The notes under the pieces: generated by a model
The model's database searches: none
What the model was told of the DNA's origin: nothing
The model's input: only the letters and a program-made list of their open reading frames with translations
Source of the DNA: Sedimentisphaerales bacterium
Lineage (GTDB): Bacteria; Planctomycetota; Phycisphaerae; Sedimentisphaerales; SM23-30
Assembly (NCBI GenBank): GCA_963666285.1
Contig: OY762711.1
Strand: one strand, 5' to 3'
Length of the DNA stretch: 64,000 nt
Shown: in pieces, positions 26,743 to 37,450 of the stretch
How the letters are laid out: every line of letters starts with the position of its first letter
Position numbering within the stretch: position 1 is the first letter of the stretch
Position numbers and translations under genes: made by a program

Positions 26743-27669
26743 ATGAAAAATGCAAAAATATACATAATTTATATTGTAGTTGTGCTGGTATTGAGTTATG
26801 CCTTTACTTATGCAATGAGAATATGGCAGTATAAGGGTGGATTTGATAATGCCAGACCATTTCTTGAAATACAGTATGATGTTGAAAGCTGGAAAGCGGC
26901 AGAAGGTTTGACTTTGCATGATTTCGGCACATTTAGCATGGGGCTGCCAGACGAAGATATGCAGATGATTTCTATCCCAGTAGCTCCAAATGGTACAGTA
27001 ATTGAACCTTTTTTCTTAATAAGTGCTAATAGCGGTTCATTTAAATTTTCTCAGCCCACTTCTGTTGATATCCAGAAACAGGACATGGAGAAGTTGAAAA
27101 GCCTGAAGCCTGATGATGAGAATGTTCAGTCTTCAGTAGTCAAGGATTATGATTATTATAAATCTATGCTTGACGTAAAAGAGTTAGGATATTTTGAGTA
27201 TCTAAAGCTTGATGAAAATGCAGTTAAGGCATATATAGAAAAAGTAAATGAAAAGGTAAATTTTATTCAAAAAGCAAAAGATATAGTGCTGTTTGAAACC
27301 GAAGATCTGAATGGGGTTTTGATCCAAATAGAGGGAGTTGTTAAGCATAAGGACGAAGCTGTTGATGAAGGTAAATCATTTGCAAATGCTGAAGTAACTG
27401 TTTGGAGTAAAACTGGTGATATAACACAAAAGTTCTTTGTCACTGGTAAACCCGGTGAGCTTGGAGCCTCAATTGAATTGATTAAAAAGGTAATTCCTTC
27501 AATCAATTATGCCGGCAGAGAAATACAGACTTTAGATAAACAGATGCCTGCTTGTTTGAATGCAATTAAGAACCTGGAATGGTTTAAATATCTCAAATTG
27601 AAGATGCCTGAAGTAGAGGGTCCCGCTGTGCCGGCTAATCCGGTTGGTGAAAATGAAGTAACAAATTAG
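26743..27669 (+). CDS. Hypothetical protein with N-terminal membrane anchor
   Basis: 308-aa ORF with a GGAG RBS, co-oriented in the operon. Confidence 0.75.
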   Translation: MKNAKIYIIYIVVVLVLSYAFTYAMRIWQYKGGFDNARPFLEIQYDVESWKAAEGLTLHDFGTFSMGLPDEDMQMISIPVAPNGTVIEPFFLISANSGSFKFSQPTSVDIQKQDMEKLKSLKPDDENVQSSVVKDYDYYKSMLDVKELGYFEYLKLDENAVKAYIEKVNEKVNFIQKAKDIVLFETEDLNGVLIQIEGVVKHKDEAVDEGKSFANAEVTVWSKTGDITQKFFVTGKPGELGASIELIKKVIPSINYAGREIQTLDKQMPACLNAIKNLEWFKYLKLKMPEVEGPAVPANPVGENEVTN

Positions 27670-27690
27670 TAATATTAAAGAGAAGCAATA

Positions 27691-28404
27691 TTGAATATAT
27701 TAGGATTTATACCAGCTCGAGCAGGCAGTGTAGGCGTGCCAGGTAAAAATATACGCATGTTATGCGGCAGGCCGGTAATAGCATATACAATTGATATAGC
27801 TCTGAAATCCAGTTCCCTTACAAATATAGTTGTCAGCAGTGATGATCAAGAAATCAAAAAATACTGTGCTGAGCAGAATATTAATTTTATCGATCGTCCG
27901 TTAGAGTTAGCCGGTTCGGATTCTCGCATAGATGATGCCATTCGTCATGGGATTTCTGTAGTGGAACCAGCTATTGGTAAAGTCGATTTCATTGTCTTGT
28001 TATATGCCAATATACCGGTTCGACCGGCAAATGTAGTAGATGATGCCGTTGATATGATGATAAAAACAGGAGCTGATTCAGTTCATTCCATATCTGATAT
28101 TGGCAAATTTCACCCATACTGGCTTTTACAGAAAGGCAATGAAGGACGGGTTAGCAAATATATTCCTAATAATATTTATCGCAGGCAGGAATTACCGGAA
28201 TTGTTTGCTATTGACGGTGCTGTTTGTGTGTTAAAAAGAGATATCGTTATGGCTGCTGAGGGAAGTGAGAACCCTCATGCATTTTGGGGCAAGGATATTC
28301 GCGGGCTCCCGCTGGCACCTCATGACACTATAGATATTGATTCCGTTCGTGATTTTTTATTAGCGGAATCTGTCATTAGGCATAAAAATGGCGAAACCAG
28401 TTAA
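27691..28404 (+). CDS. neuA: Acylneuraminate cytidylyltransferase (CMP-nonulosonate synthetase, NeuA family)
   Basis: Motifs IPARAGSVGVPGKNIR.LCGRP, VVSSDD, RRQELP, DGAV and IDIDS..DF. Confidence 0.85.
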   Translation: MNILGFIPARAGSVGVPGKNIRMLCGRPVIAYTIDIALKSSSLTNIVVSSDDQEIKKYCAEQNINFIDRPLELAGSDSRIDDAIRHGISVVEPAIGKVDFIVLLYANIPVRPANVVDDAVDMMIKTGADSVHSISDIGKFHPYWLLQKGNEGRVSKYIPNNIYRRQELPELFAIDGAVCVLKRDIVMAAEGSENPHAFWGKDIRGLPLAPHDTIDIDSVRDFLLAESVIRHKNGETS

Positions 28405-28608
28405 GGCGACATGGCATAACCACTTGTCATTTATATGTTTACCATTATTTACTACTGGTGTCGTATCAAATTATCTAATCTAAATCAATCTTTATATATA
28501 GTACCATTTTGTCTGGACAGTGTATAGAGTATCTGATATACTGTATCTTTTGTATGTAAATGTAATTGTTTGTGATATAATAGTTTATGATCTGATTGGA
28601 GAAGCAGA

Positions 28609-30822
28609 ATGTTAAAAATAAAATTATTTGCGATGGCTCTTCTGCTATTGTTTGTTTTTAATGCCGTTTTATATTCTGAAAACAATGAAGCAGCTGACAA
28701 TAAAGATGATTCAGCAGCTAGCGTAGATTTAGGAGCAGTTGCTGTTAAAGTCAACGACTTTGCAATTACTGAAGGGGATATTGAAGCAGCAATTGTCCAA
28801 CAATTGTCCAGCAGGCCTGATATTATGAAAAATGAAGAGCTTTTTGCTCGCTACAAGCAGTCATTGCGTCGAAGAGTCTTAAGTAGTCTTATAAACTCAG
28901 CTTTACTCAACCAGGCGGCAGAAAGTGAAGGACTTGCTTTAACAGAAGAAGAAATAAATGAAAAACTTGATGAAATTGTTAAGCTTGGGATGCAGCAGAC
29001 CGGGATGACCAGGGAAGAGCTTGCGGCTGATATACTGAAAAATAAAAAAATGACGATTGAAGAGTCATTAAATCTGTATAAGAAAAACAAGCAGTTTTTG
29101 GATGTCATTTTGTTTGAAAAAATAGTATCAGCAAAATTCCCGAAGGAAGCGTTTGTTTCAGAAAATGAAATCAAAGAATATTATAATAAGAATTTAGATG
29201 CCAGGTACAAACAGAAGGCTACTGTTACCGCCAGTCATATTCTAGTTACTACCCTTGATGAAAAACGCCAGCCACTAAGCGAAGAAAAGAAACTAGAGGC
29301 TAAAGCGAAAATTGAAAAAATCAAAAAAGAATTATCTGAGCCTAAGGCCGATTTTGGCGAACTGGCAGAGAAGTATTCTGATTGTCCCAGCGGAAAGCGA
29401 GCTAAGGGATCTCTCGGAGCGTTTCCAAGACATGGTGCAATGGTTGAACCGTTTGCAGAAGCTGCATTTGAGTTGGAGCCGGGTGAGATTAGCGATATAG
29501 TTGAGACTCAGTTTGGTTATCATATTATTAAAGTAACAGATAAAGCTGAAGAAAAAGTTACTGCTTTTGATGAGGTTAAAGACGGTATAGCTAATCAGCT
29601 TGCCAAGGCAAAGAAACAACAGGTTTTGAGTGAATATGTTCAAAAGCTTCGCGAAAAAGCACAAATTATTTATACGAATACAAATGACGACCCTGTAGAA
29701 ATTATGAAACAACAGGAAGAGTTAAAGAAACAAATTGAAAGTAAGCAGCAAGAAGAAGAAAACAAGAAAGTAGCTTCTGATGACAATAATATTAAAATGA
29801 TAGAAAAAAAGCTTAATTCCATTAAATCTAATGAAAAGCGGAATAGTAATGCTTTAGAATCTTCAAGGCAATTAAATTTAGATAATTTATCATTAAATCA
29901 GAAGATAGAGTATTATGTGTCTACTAATCAGCCATCAAGTGCTGCTGCGATTGGGAAACCAGCAGTGAAGCCATTGATAGCTTTTCTTGATAATACTAAT
30001 CGTGAATTTTGTGTTACTGCTGCAAAAGCATTGTGCGAAATTGGAGATTTAGAAGCAGTTGATTCTTTAGATAAATTTTTTAATTCGTCAAGTTTATTTA
30101 ACAAATCTCCAGCATTAAATTTTACTGCTTACCATGGTTATGCAAAAATATTTAATGCATTGATTGGTAAAAATCAATATAAAAATGCACTTGAATCTTA
30201 TGGTCCTAATGCGTTATTATGTGCTGCTGATCAGGGTCATGGTGATATAGTAAATGAATTGTTATTGAAAAATATCGATGTTAATAGTATTGCCCCTTAT
30301 AGTGAATATGAATTTGCTTATATTGTTCATGACTTGTCAGAGAACGGTATAACTTTGATTGGTAGCCAAGGTAAACGATTGCCAATAATGAATGCTGCAG
30401 ATAAAGGTTATAATAAAATTGTTCAACTTTTGATAAATAATGGAGCAAATGTTAATGTGAAAGACGAGAACGGAATTACACCGTTAATGTTTGCTTCGGC
30501 TAATGGGCATACTGACGTTGTAAAGCTTTTGATAGAAAATGACGCTGACCTAGAAGCAAAAGCAACATGGGTTATAACAGAGTATGAAAAGTTGAAGTTT
30601 ATTAATGATGTTACACGGGTAAAAACTAAAACTATTGAAGGTGTTACCTCTTTAATCTTAGCTGTTAAAAATGCCCATACGGATGTAGTTAACCTTTTAC
30701 TTTCAAAAGGTGCAGACGTTAATGCCAAAGATGCCAATGGAAAAATGGTGCTTGATTATGCAATAGAAAGTTGCAATAAAGATATAATCAAACTTCTAAA
30801 ACAGTTTGGTGTTCAAGAATAA
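28609..30822 (+). CDS. SurA/PrsA-type parvulin peptidyl-prolyl isomerase fused to HEAT-like and ankyrin repeats
   Basis: Parvulin ASHILV...LAEKYSDCPS...GSLG...MVEPFAEAAF...ETQFGYHIIKV. HEAT-like AVKPLIAFL...AAKALCEIGD. Ankyrin GITPLMFASANGHTDVVKLLIENDAD. Confidence 0.85.
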   Translation: MLKIKLFAMALLLLFVFNAVLYSENNEAADNKDDSAASVDLGAVAVKVNDFAITEGDIEAAIVQQLSSRPDIMKNEELFARYKQSLRRRVLSSLINSALLNQAAESEGLALTEEEINEKLDEIVKLGMQQTGMTREELAADILKNKKMTIEESLNLYKKNKQFLDVILFEKIVSAKFPKEAFVSENEIKEYYNKNLDARYKQKATVTASHILVTTLDEKRQPLSEEKKLEAKAKIEKIKKELSEPKADFGELAEKYSDCPSGKRAKGSLGAFPRHGAMVEPFAEAAFELEPGEISDIVETQFGYHIIKVTDKAEEKVTAFDEVKDGIANQLAKAKKQQVLSEYVQKLREKAQIIYTNTNDDPVEIMKQQEELKKQIESKQQEEENKKVASDDNNIKMIEKKLNSIKSNEKRNSNALESSRQLNLDNLSLNQKIEYYVSTNQPSSAAAIGKPAVKPLIAFLDNTNREFCVTAAKALCEIGDLEAVDSLDKFFNSSSLFNKSPALNFTAYHGYAKIFNALIGKNQYKNALESYGPNALLCAADQGHGDIVNELLLKNIDVNSIAPYSEYEFAYIVHDLSENGITLIGSQGKRLPIMNAADKGYNKIVQLLINNGANVNVKDENGITPLMFASANGHTDVVKLLIENDADLEAKATWVITEYEKLKFINDVTRVKTKTIEGVTSLILAVKNAHTDVVNLLLSKGADVNAKDANGKMVLDYAIESCNKDIIKLLKQFGVQE

Positions 30823-30900
30823 ATATATGTTAATTCTTTGCCTAGCAAATTGATGATTCTGTTAAACTAAAATATAATAAACAAGTGAGGATAATATATC

Positions 30901-31773
30901 ATGTTTACCGGTTCACTGGTAGCTTTAGTAACGCCATTTAATAATGGCCAGGTTGACTATGACAGTTTGTCAAAGTTGATTGAATTTCATGTAGATAACG
31001 GCACAAACGGTCTTGTTCCATGCGGCACAACCGGAGAGTCTCCAACATTGTCTACTCAAGAGCACAAGGATGTGATTAAGTTTGTAGTTGATAAAGCTGC
31101 AGGGCGTTTACCTGTGATTGCCGGTACCGGTTCTAACAGTACTGAGGAAGCAATAGATCTTACTCGTTATGCCAAGGAAGTCGGTGCAGACGCGACCTTG
31201 CAGGTTTCTCCGTATTATAACAAGCCTAGCCAGGAAGGGCTTTATCAGCATTTTGCCGCTATCGCAAAATCTGTTGACCTGCCTATAGTACTATATAATA
31301 TTCCCGGACGCTGTGTTGTGAATATGGAACCTGAAACAATTATCAGGTTAGCCGAATTAAAGAATATAGTTGCCATAAAAGAAGCAACTGGAAAAATGGA
31401 TCAGGCATCTTCTATCTCAGTCAGCAATTGTGGATTGACAATTCTATCTGGTGATGACAGTTTAACCTTGCCTTTGGGCTCTGTTGGCGGCCGTGGTGTA
31501 GTTTCTGTTGTAGCTAACATTGTTCCTGTGGATGTTCGTAAGCTTACTGATGCGATTTTGGCCTCAGATTTTGTAGAAGCACGCAAATTGCATGATAAGC
31601 TATATGGCTTGGGTAGTGCTCTATTGGGTTTGTCAACAAATCCTGTCCCAATTAAGGCTGCAATGGCCATGCTGGGAATGTGCAGCGAAGAACTTCGTTT
31701 GCCTATGGTACCTCTTGACGATTCATCAAGAGCTAAACTTAAGAATATACTAACAAACTACGGCCTGCTTTAG
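30901..31773 (+). CDS. dapA: 4-hydroxy-tetrahydrodipicolinate synthase
   Basis: Motifs [28 protein letters not shown] and SGDD. Confidence 0.97.
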   Translation: MFTGSLVALVTPFNNGQVDYDSLSKLIEFHVDNGTNGLVPCGTTGESPTLSTQEHKDVIKFVVDKAAGRLPVIAGTGSNSTEEAIDLTRYAKEVGADATLQVSPYYNKPSQEGLYQHFAAIAKSVDLPIVLYNIPGRCVVNMEPETIIRLAELKNIVAIKEATGKMDQASSISVSNCGLTILSGDDSLTLPLGSVGGRGVVSVVANIVPVDVRKLTDAILASDFVEARKLHDKLYGLGSALLGLSTNPVPIKAAMAMLGMCSEELRLPMVPLDDSSRAKLKNILTNYGLL

Positions 31774-31828
31774 TTTTGAGAAAGACTACCTGAAAATCAA
31801 ACTGTAGTAATGACAGTTTGTATATATT

Positions 31829-32971
31829 ATGCTATTACCTCTAGGTACCGACAACAGATTACGCAAAACACCAATAGTCAATTATGCTATCATTGCGCTA
31901 AATTTGATAGTATTTGTTCTGGCTCTTGCAAGTAAGCATGCCCATTCAAGCGAGGATGAGGTATTTGCTCCATATTTGCTATATCCTTCAGTTCCGGCAC
32001 TTCATCAGTTTATAACTTATGCTTTTTTGCATGGGAGCTGGATGCATATTATATCCAATATGTTGTTTTTATACATATTTGGTAATAATGTGAATGATAA
32101 GCTGGGGCATCGCGGGTATCTCCTGTTTTATTTAGCCGGAGCTGTATTTGCCGGTGTAGGGCATTCATATGTTAGTGATTCCCCGGTTTTAGGTGCTTCC
32201 GGTGCGGTGGCTGCCGTTACAGGTGCTTACATGGTACTATTTCCGCTTACACGGGTGATGGTATTGTACTGGTTGTTCTTTATAGGAACGTTCGATGTTT
32301 CGGCATGGATTTTCATAGGCTTGAAATTAATCTTTATTGATAACTTCCTGGCCAGGGGGCCAAATGTGGCATACGATGCTCACATTGCCGGATATTTGTT
32401 CGGTATTGTATCGACATTGTTATTATTGCATTTTAATTTTCTGCCGGCCAGTCAATTTGATATGTGGGCTATGATAAACCGTTGGAAACGCAGGCAGGAA
32501 TTTAGAGCAGCGGCAAGAGATGGGTTTGGACCTGATAACAATGCCAGGAAAGTAGAAGTTAAGGTCAAAGATGTCGATCCGGAAAAAGCTGCTCAAATAG
32601 AAAAATTACGTAATGAGCTATTTGATTTCGCCGGAGCAGGAGACCTGAATTCGGCATCAGATGTCTATTTGAAATTATTGGAAATCGATCCGGAACACGT
32701 TTTGCCTCAGCAGAGACATCTGGATATATCGAATAAGCTAATGCAGCTTGGTAACTATGAGAATGCTGCGATTGCGTACGAATTGTTTTTAAATCGGTTT
32801 ACTCGGTATCAATTTGTTGAACAGGTTGAGCTTATGCTCGGTTTGCTGTATGCTAGGTATCTGGAAAAGCCAGACCGTGCAAAAGAATTACTCAACAAGG
32901 CAAAAGATAGATTAACTGATCCCGGTCAGATAAAATTATGTGAAGATGCACTTTCTTCACTTGAGTCATAA
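31829..32971 (+). CDS. Rhomboid intramembrane serine protease with C-terminal TPR-like domain
   Basis: FLHG..MHI..NM, catalytic GASGA and AHIAG, helical C-terminal extension. Confidence 0.9.
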   Translation: MLLPLGTDNRLRKTPIVNYAIIALNLIVFVLALASKHAHSSEDEVFAPYLLYPSVPALHQFITYAFLHGSWMHIISNMLFLYIFGNNVNDKLGHRGYLLFYLAGAVFAGVGHSYVSDSPVLGASGAVAAVTGAYMVLFPLTRVMVLYWLFFIGTFDVSAWIFIGLKLIFIDNFLARGPNVAYDAHIAGYLFGIVSTLLLLHFNFLPASQFDMWAMINRWKRRQEFRAAARDGFGPDNNARKVEVKVKDVDPEKAAQIEKLRNELFDFAGAGDLNSASDVYLKLLEIDPEHVLPQQRHLDISNKLMQLGNYENAAIAYELFLNRFTRYQFVEQVELMLGLLYARYLEKPDRAKELLNKAKDRLTDPGQIKLCEDALSSLES

Positions 32972-32974
32972 TCT

Positions 32975-33008
32975 AAAAAAAAGCGTATGATACGATACCA
33001 TACGCTTT
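32975..33008. terminator. Intrinsic terminator between convergent genes
   Basis: AAAGCGTATG-N9-CATACGCTTT with a flanking A-tract. Confidence 0.75.
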
Positions 33009-33033
33009 GATATTTATTCGGTTTTTTAATAGC

Positions 33034-33954
33034 CTAGTCAGCCAGGCTTAGCAGAATTTCTGAATTAGATGATTCTATTTCTACTATATCCATTATTTCA
33101 GCTATTTTATCAGGTGTCAGGCTAAATTCTTCACGAATTTTACTGTCATAAATTGCGGCGTAGTTTCCACTGTCGCCAATATTCTGATTATGGCATATAT
33201 AGTCTGCCAGGTGAACTAATTTAACCAGCGGGAGATGTTTTTCATCCGGGCAGCTGGTCGGATCATGGTGATATTCCACTACCGCTTTCAAATCGTCACC
33301 CAATCTCCATTTATCTGCCAGCCATGCACCGGCTTCATTGTGGCTCATTCCGACGAATCTTGCTTCTTCCTTATCCAGTGGAAGATCAAGTTCTTTACCA
33401 CTCTTGATAGCCTGGTGGAACTGCTTGTTTGCGTATTTTTCAAACAGGATTTTGCCCATATCGTGTACAATACCTGATAAATGTGCAATGTCCCTGGTAA
33501 TTCTCTGGTCTATATGATTAGCACAGAAATCGTATAATGTGCCGGTAATGATACCGACAGTTATAGAATGCCGCCAGAATTCTCTTCTATCAAAAACCGG
33601 CTGCTGAGATTTGCTGAATGCCTGGAAAACGCTTGTGCTTAGAGCAATGTTAGTAATGGTAATAAATCCAAGCCTTGCGATTGCAGGTGACAGCTGGGTT
33701 ATCTCTGCGCCATGGGAAGGGCGATAGAATACTGAGTTAACCATTTTCAGCACCTTGGTAGATATTGAAGGGTCATTTTCGATGATTTTGGCAACGTCTC
33801 TGGCATCGCTATATGGATCATCTACAACCTGCTGCAGTTTCAGGGCTACTTCAGGTAATGTTGGCAAATCTTCTGCATTCTCGAAAATACTGATCAATTT
33901 ATGTGAATCAATAGGTGCAGACTGTTGTTCTGTCATTTGGTCAAATTCGCTCAT
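33034..33954 (-). CDS. HDOD domain signalling protein
   Basis: Motifs LPTLPEVA, DPSI..KVLK.VNS, FWRHS, HDMGK and YHH.P. Confidence 0.92.
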   Translation of the reverse strand: MSEFDQMTEQQSAPIDSHKLISIFENAEDLPTLPEVALKLQQVVDDPYSDARDVAKIIENDPSISTKVLKMVNSVFYRPSHGAEITQLSPAIARLGFITITNIALSTSVFQAFSKSQQPVFDRREFWRHSITVGIITGTLYDFCANHIDQRITRDIAHLSGIVHDMGKILFEKYANKQFHQAIKSGKELDLPLDKEEARFVGMSHNEAGAWLADKWRLGDDLKAVVEYHHDPTSCPDEKHLPLVKLVHLADYICHNQNIGDSGNYAAIYDSKIREEFSLTPDKIAEIMDIVEIESSNSEILLSLAD

Positions 33955-34218
33955 TTTCGTTATCCTTAAAAGAAAATAGATTTTTTCTTAAACTCTAATG
34001 TCAGAATACTTTTCGTCATGATTAAAGGCTATAATTAGTAAACTTATTCAAAGAAGTTAAAATTACTGAATATTGAGGTTTTATTTGTAATATATATAAA
34101 TTTATAGGACTTTTGGTAATGTTCACCAGGTATTAATTGAATTTTGGTGATAATTATAGTATCATTCATAACAATAACTGAATATTGACCATAATAATTG
34201 CTTTAGGAGTATTTAAGA

Positions 34219-35727
34219 ATGGCGAATGTAAAAACAATAAATGTATCTGTTCAATATAAAGAATTAGCCGGTGCCAAGGAAGACCTGCTGGTATTAGGTG
34301 TTTTTGAATCGGCTAAAATGCCTAACGATCTTGTTGAGCTTGACCGTCATACAGATGGAAGTATAAAGAAAGCTTATTCATTAGGTGATTTTACCGGTAA
34401 AAGCAAACAATCAACAATGATATATTGCGGCTGTAATAAATGTTCCGGCAGAATATTACTTTTAGGGCTTGGCGTCCAGAAGGATTTTGAGCTGGATGTA
34501 CTTAGAAAGTCAGCGGCATTGGCAGTAAAACAGGCCGATAAAATCAAGGCCGGCAGTATTGCTATTTGTCTTGACGTGCCAAAGTCCGTTAGTCCACAGG
34601 ATAAGGCAAAAGTCATATCCGAAGGCCTGGTTATTGGCAGGTACGAATATGTTGAGCAGTTTTCTGAGCCTGCCGGCAAGCTTGGCAGCATGAAGGCTGT
34701 TATTGTCGCCTGGAATCAGCAGGATGTTGCTCCAATGAAAAAAGGTGCAAAAACAGGAATAGCATTAGCAGAAGCGCAGAATTATGCCAGGTATCTGGGC
34801 AACAAGACTGGTGCCGAGATAAATCCGGTAACATTGGCAAATGAAGCTCGCAAACTGGCCCGCAAAGTCGGCTTAAAATGCAAGATATTTGATGATAAAG
34901 AGCTTACCAGTCTTCAGATGGGCGGGATTTTGGCCGTAGGTCAAGGATCTGCTACTAAACCAAGGATGATAATGCTTGAGTACACTGGAAATAAAAGCTC
35001 AAAATCTCCTGATGTCGTTATCGTTGGCAAGGCAATTACTTTTGACAGCGGCGGTATTTCTCTTAAACCTGGTGCCGGAATGCACGAGATGAAATTTGAC
35101 AAATGCGGTGGTTGTGATGCCTTTGGTATTATGCAGGCAGTTTCTTCGCTTAAGCTGAAAAAGAATGTAGTTGCGTTGATACCTTCGGCTGAAAATATGC
35201 CTGACAGTCACAGTTATCGTCCGGGCGATATTATAAAGACCTACAGCGGTAAAACTGTCGAAATTCAGAATACCGATGCCGAAGGGCGTATGATTCTTTG
35301 CGATGCTATCTCTTATGCAGTCAAAAAGTTAAAGCCTAAGGCTGTAATTGATATGGCAACTTTGACTGGTGCCTGTATCATCTCGCTTGGCCATCATAAA
35401 GCGGCATTGTTTAGCAATAATGATACTTTAGTTAAAGAGCTTGTTTCTGCTTCAGAAACAGCAGGCGAGCCGGTTTGGCATATGCCATGTGACAGGCCTT
35501 ATGCCGATCAGTTGAAAAGCGATTGTGCTGATTTGAGAAATATTGGCGGTCGCGAAGGTGGATCTGCAACGGCAGCGGCATTTTTACGAGAATTTGCCGG
35601 TGAGGAAATCTCTTGGGCACATATTGATATTGCAGGTGTTGCCTGGACAACTAAGCCAACTGACATTGCTTCGTCAGGAGCTACCGGCTATATCGTAAGA
35701 ACAGTTGCAGAATACCTAAGTAAATAG
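34219..35727 (+). CDS. pepA: Leucyl aminopeptidase (M17)
   Basis: Motifs GKAITFDSGG, MKFDKCG, NTDAEGR, DMATLTGA and HIDIAG. Confidence 0.96.
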   Translation: MANVKTINVSVQYKELAGAKEDLLVLGVFESAKMPNDLVELDRHTDGSIKKAYSLGDFTGKSKQSTMIYCGCNKCSGRILLLGLGVQKDFELDVLRKSAALAVKQADKIKAGSIAICLDVPKSVSPQDKAKVISEGLVIGRYEYVEQFSEPAGKLGSMKAVIVAWNQQDVAPMKKGAKTGIALAEAQNYARYLGNKTGAEINPVTLANEARKLARKVGLKCKIFDDKELTSLQMGGILAVGQGSATKPRMIMLEYTGNKSSKSPDVVIVGKAITFDSGGISLKPGAGMHEMKFDKCGGCDAFGIMQAVSSLKLKKNVVALIPSAENMPDSHSYRPGDIIKTYSGKTVEIQNTDAEGRMILCDAISYAVKKLKPKAVIDMATLTGACIISLGHHKAALFSNNDTLVKELVSASETAGEPVWHMPCDRPYADQLKSDCADLRNIGGREGGSATAAAFLREFAGEEISWAHIDIAGVAWTTKPTDIASSGATGYIVRTVAEYLSK

Positions 35728-35745
35728 TATTCTATACTTATTGAT

Positions 35746-35783
35746 AAAAAAGCTCGTCCTGGAATCCAAGGCGAGCTTTTTTT
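35746..35783. terminator. Bidirectional intrinsic terminator
   Basis: AAAAAAGCTCG...CGAGCTTTTTTT. Confidence 0.85.
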
Positions 35784-35822
35784 ATTGTTAATTTGCCCTT
35801 TAAGTCATTGATGTATAACGGG

Positions 35823-37304
35823 TTAAATGTATAGTTTAAGGCACTCGATCCATTTGCTGTATGCCTGGACATATTGTTCTGTTAGTTCATTGTTCGGTGA
35901 GATTTTATCCAGGGCTGTCAGGCCGACAAAAGCATCTTTTTGGTCTTTATAATAACCAATTCCAATTCCGGCTCCGCGTGCTGCTCCCTGTGAACCGTCA
36001 GTATTATACAGTTCAATTTCAGCATCGGTAATGGTTGCAAGTGCTTCTGCAAAAATTCTGCTTTGGAACATGTTTGCTTGTCCGGCTCGTATATTAGTTA
36101 CCTTCAGGCCCATTTCTTTCATAATGTTCATGCCGTAATTAAAAGCAAACACAATACCTTCCTGAGCAGCTCTGGCAAGGTGAGCTTTATTATGAATATT
36201 GAAATTTATCCCGTGTATTGATGAATTGATCTGCTTGTTGCCGAGAGATCTCTCTGCTCCATTACCAAATGGGAGAATGCTTATACCATCCGATCCGGCT
36301 GAAACCGCTGTCGCCAGCTCATTCATTTCCGTATATGAAAGAGTTTCACCAACAGCCTTCTTAATCCAGCTGTTTAGGATGCCGGTGCCGTTGATACACA
36401 ACAGTACTCCCAGGCGTTTCTGGTCGCTGGTATTATTGACATGTATAAAAGTGTTAACTCTTGACTGGCTGTCAAAACAGGCACTATCAGCAACACCGTA
36501 GACAACACCGGATGTCCCGGCTGTAGCGGCAATTTCACCCGGCTCCATAACGCCAAGTGAAAAGGCGTTATTCGGCTGGTCACCGGCTCTGTATGATACC
36601 GGAGTGCCGGCAGCTAAACTCAAATCAGCTGCGGCAGATGAAGTAAGTTCACCATGTATGCCAAAAGTATCATATGTATCTGGAATCAGGCTGTTTTCAA
36701 AGCCAAATGCATCCATTACTTCCTTTGATAATTCATCATCTCTTATATTCCAGAATATACCCTCAGAAAGACCTGATTTTGTTGTAACGATAGAATCGGT
36801 CATCATCATGGCAAGATAATCTCCTGGCAGCATGATTTTATCGATTTGGTTATAAATTCCAGGTTCGTTTTCTTTGACCCAGGCCAGCTTCGCCGCAGTA
36901 AAATTTCCCGGGTGGTTGAGCAGGGTTTCCAGGCATTTTTTATCACCAATACTATCTGTTGCTTTTTGCCCGTATGGGACAGCCCGGCTGTCGCACCAGA
37001 TAATAGAAGGTCTCAGAACATTTTTGTTTTTATCGATACAGACCAGCCCATGCATTTGATAGGTTATGCCAATGCCTTTGATATCTTTTGCGTCAATATT
37101 AGCATCTTTAAGCAGGATAGCGGTAGCTGTTTTAAGGTTAGCCCACCAATCGCCGGGGTTTTGTTCTGCCCAGCCGCTCTGGTGTGATATTATCGTCATT
37201 TCCTTTTCAGGATATGTAGCTGACGCTACAACTTTTCCGCTTTCACCTTCCATAAGAGTAGCTTTTATCGAAGAGGTCCCAGAGTCATAACCTATAAAAT
37301 ACAT
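35823..37304 (-). CDS. xylB: Xylulokinase
   Basis: FGGY motifs GYDSGTSSIKA, YQMHGLV, WCDSR and GDQ. Located in the xylose locus. Confidence 0.93.
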   Translation of the reverse strand: MYFIGYDSGTSSIKATLMEGESGKVVASATYPEKEMTIISHQSGWAEQNPGDWWANLKTATAILLKDANIDAKDIKGIGITYQMHGLVCIDKNKNVLRPSIIWCDSRAVPYGQKATDSIGDKKCLETLLNHPGNFTAAKLAWVKENEPGIYNQIDKIMLPGDYLAMMMTDSIVTTKSGLSEGIFWNIRDDELSKEVMDAFGFENSLIPDTYDTFGIHGELTSSAAADLSLAAGTPVSYRAGDQPNNAFSLGVMEPGEIAATAGTSGVVYGVADSACFDSQSRVNTFIHVNNTSDQKRLGVLLCINGTGILNSWIKKAVGETLSYTEMNELATAVSAGSDGISILPFGNGAERSLGNKQINSSIHGINFNIHNKAHLARAAQEGIVFAFNYGMNIMKEMGLKVTNIRAGQANMFQSRIFAEALATITDAEIELYNTDGSQGAARGAGIGIGYYKDQKDAFVGLTALDKISPNNELTEQYVQAYSKWIECLKLYI

Positions 37305-37332
37305 ATCAGATTTCCTTTTACTTTATAGTTTC

Positions 37333-37393
37333 CAAAAAAAATGGTTGCAGCTGGTATTCAGCAATGTTTTACTAAGTACCAGCTTACAACCAT
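37333..37393 (-). terminator. Long hairpin with U-tract between the symporter and xylB (terminator or mRNA-stabilising stem)
   Basis: ATGGTTG.AGCTGGTA...TACCAGCT..CAACCAT, followed by a T-run on the minus strand. Confidence 0.6.
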
Positions 37394-37450
37394 GTTAATA
37401 TATTCTATTCTGCAGATATCTCTGCATCTCTAAAGATGCTTAAAATATTA

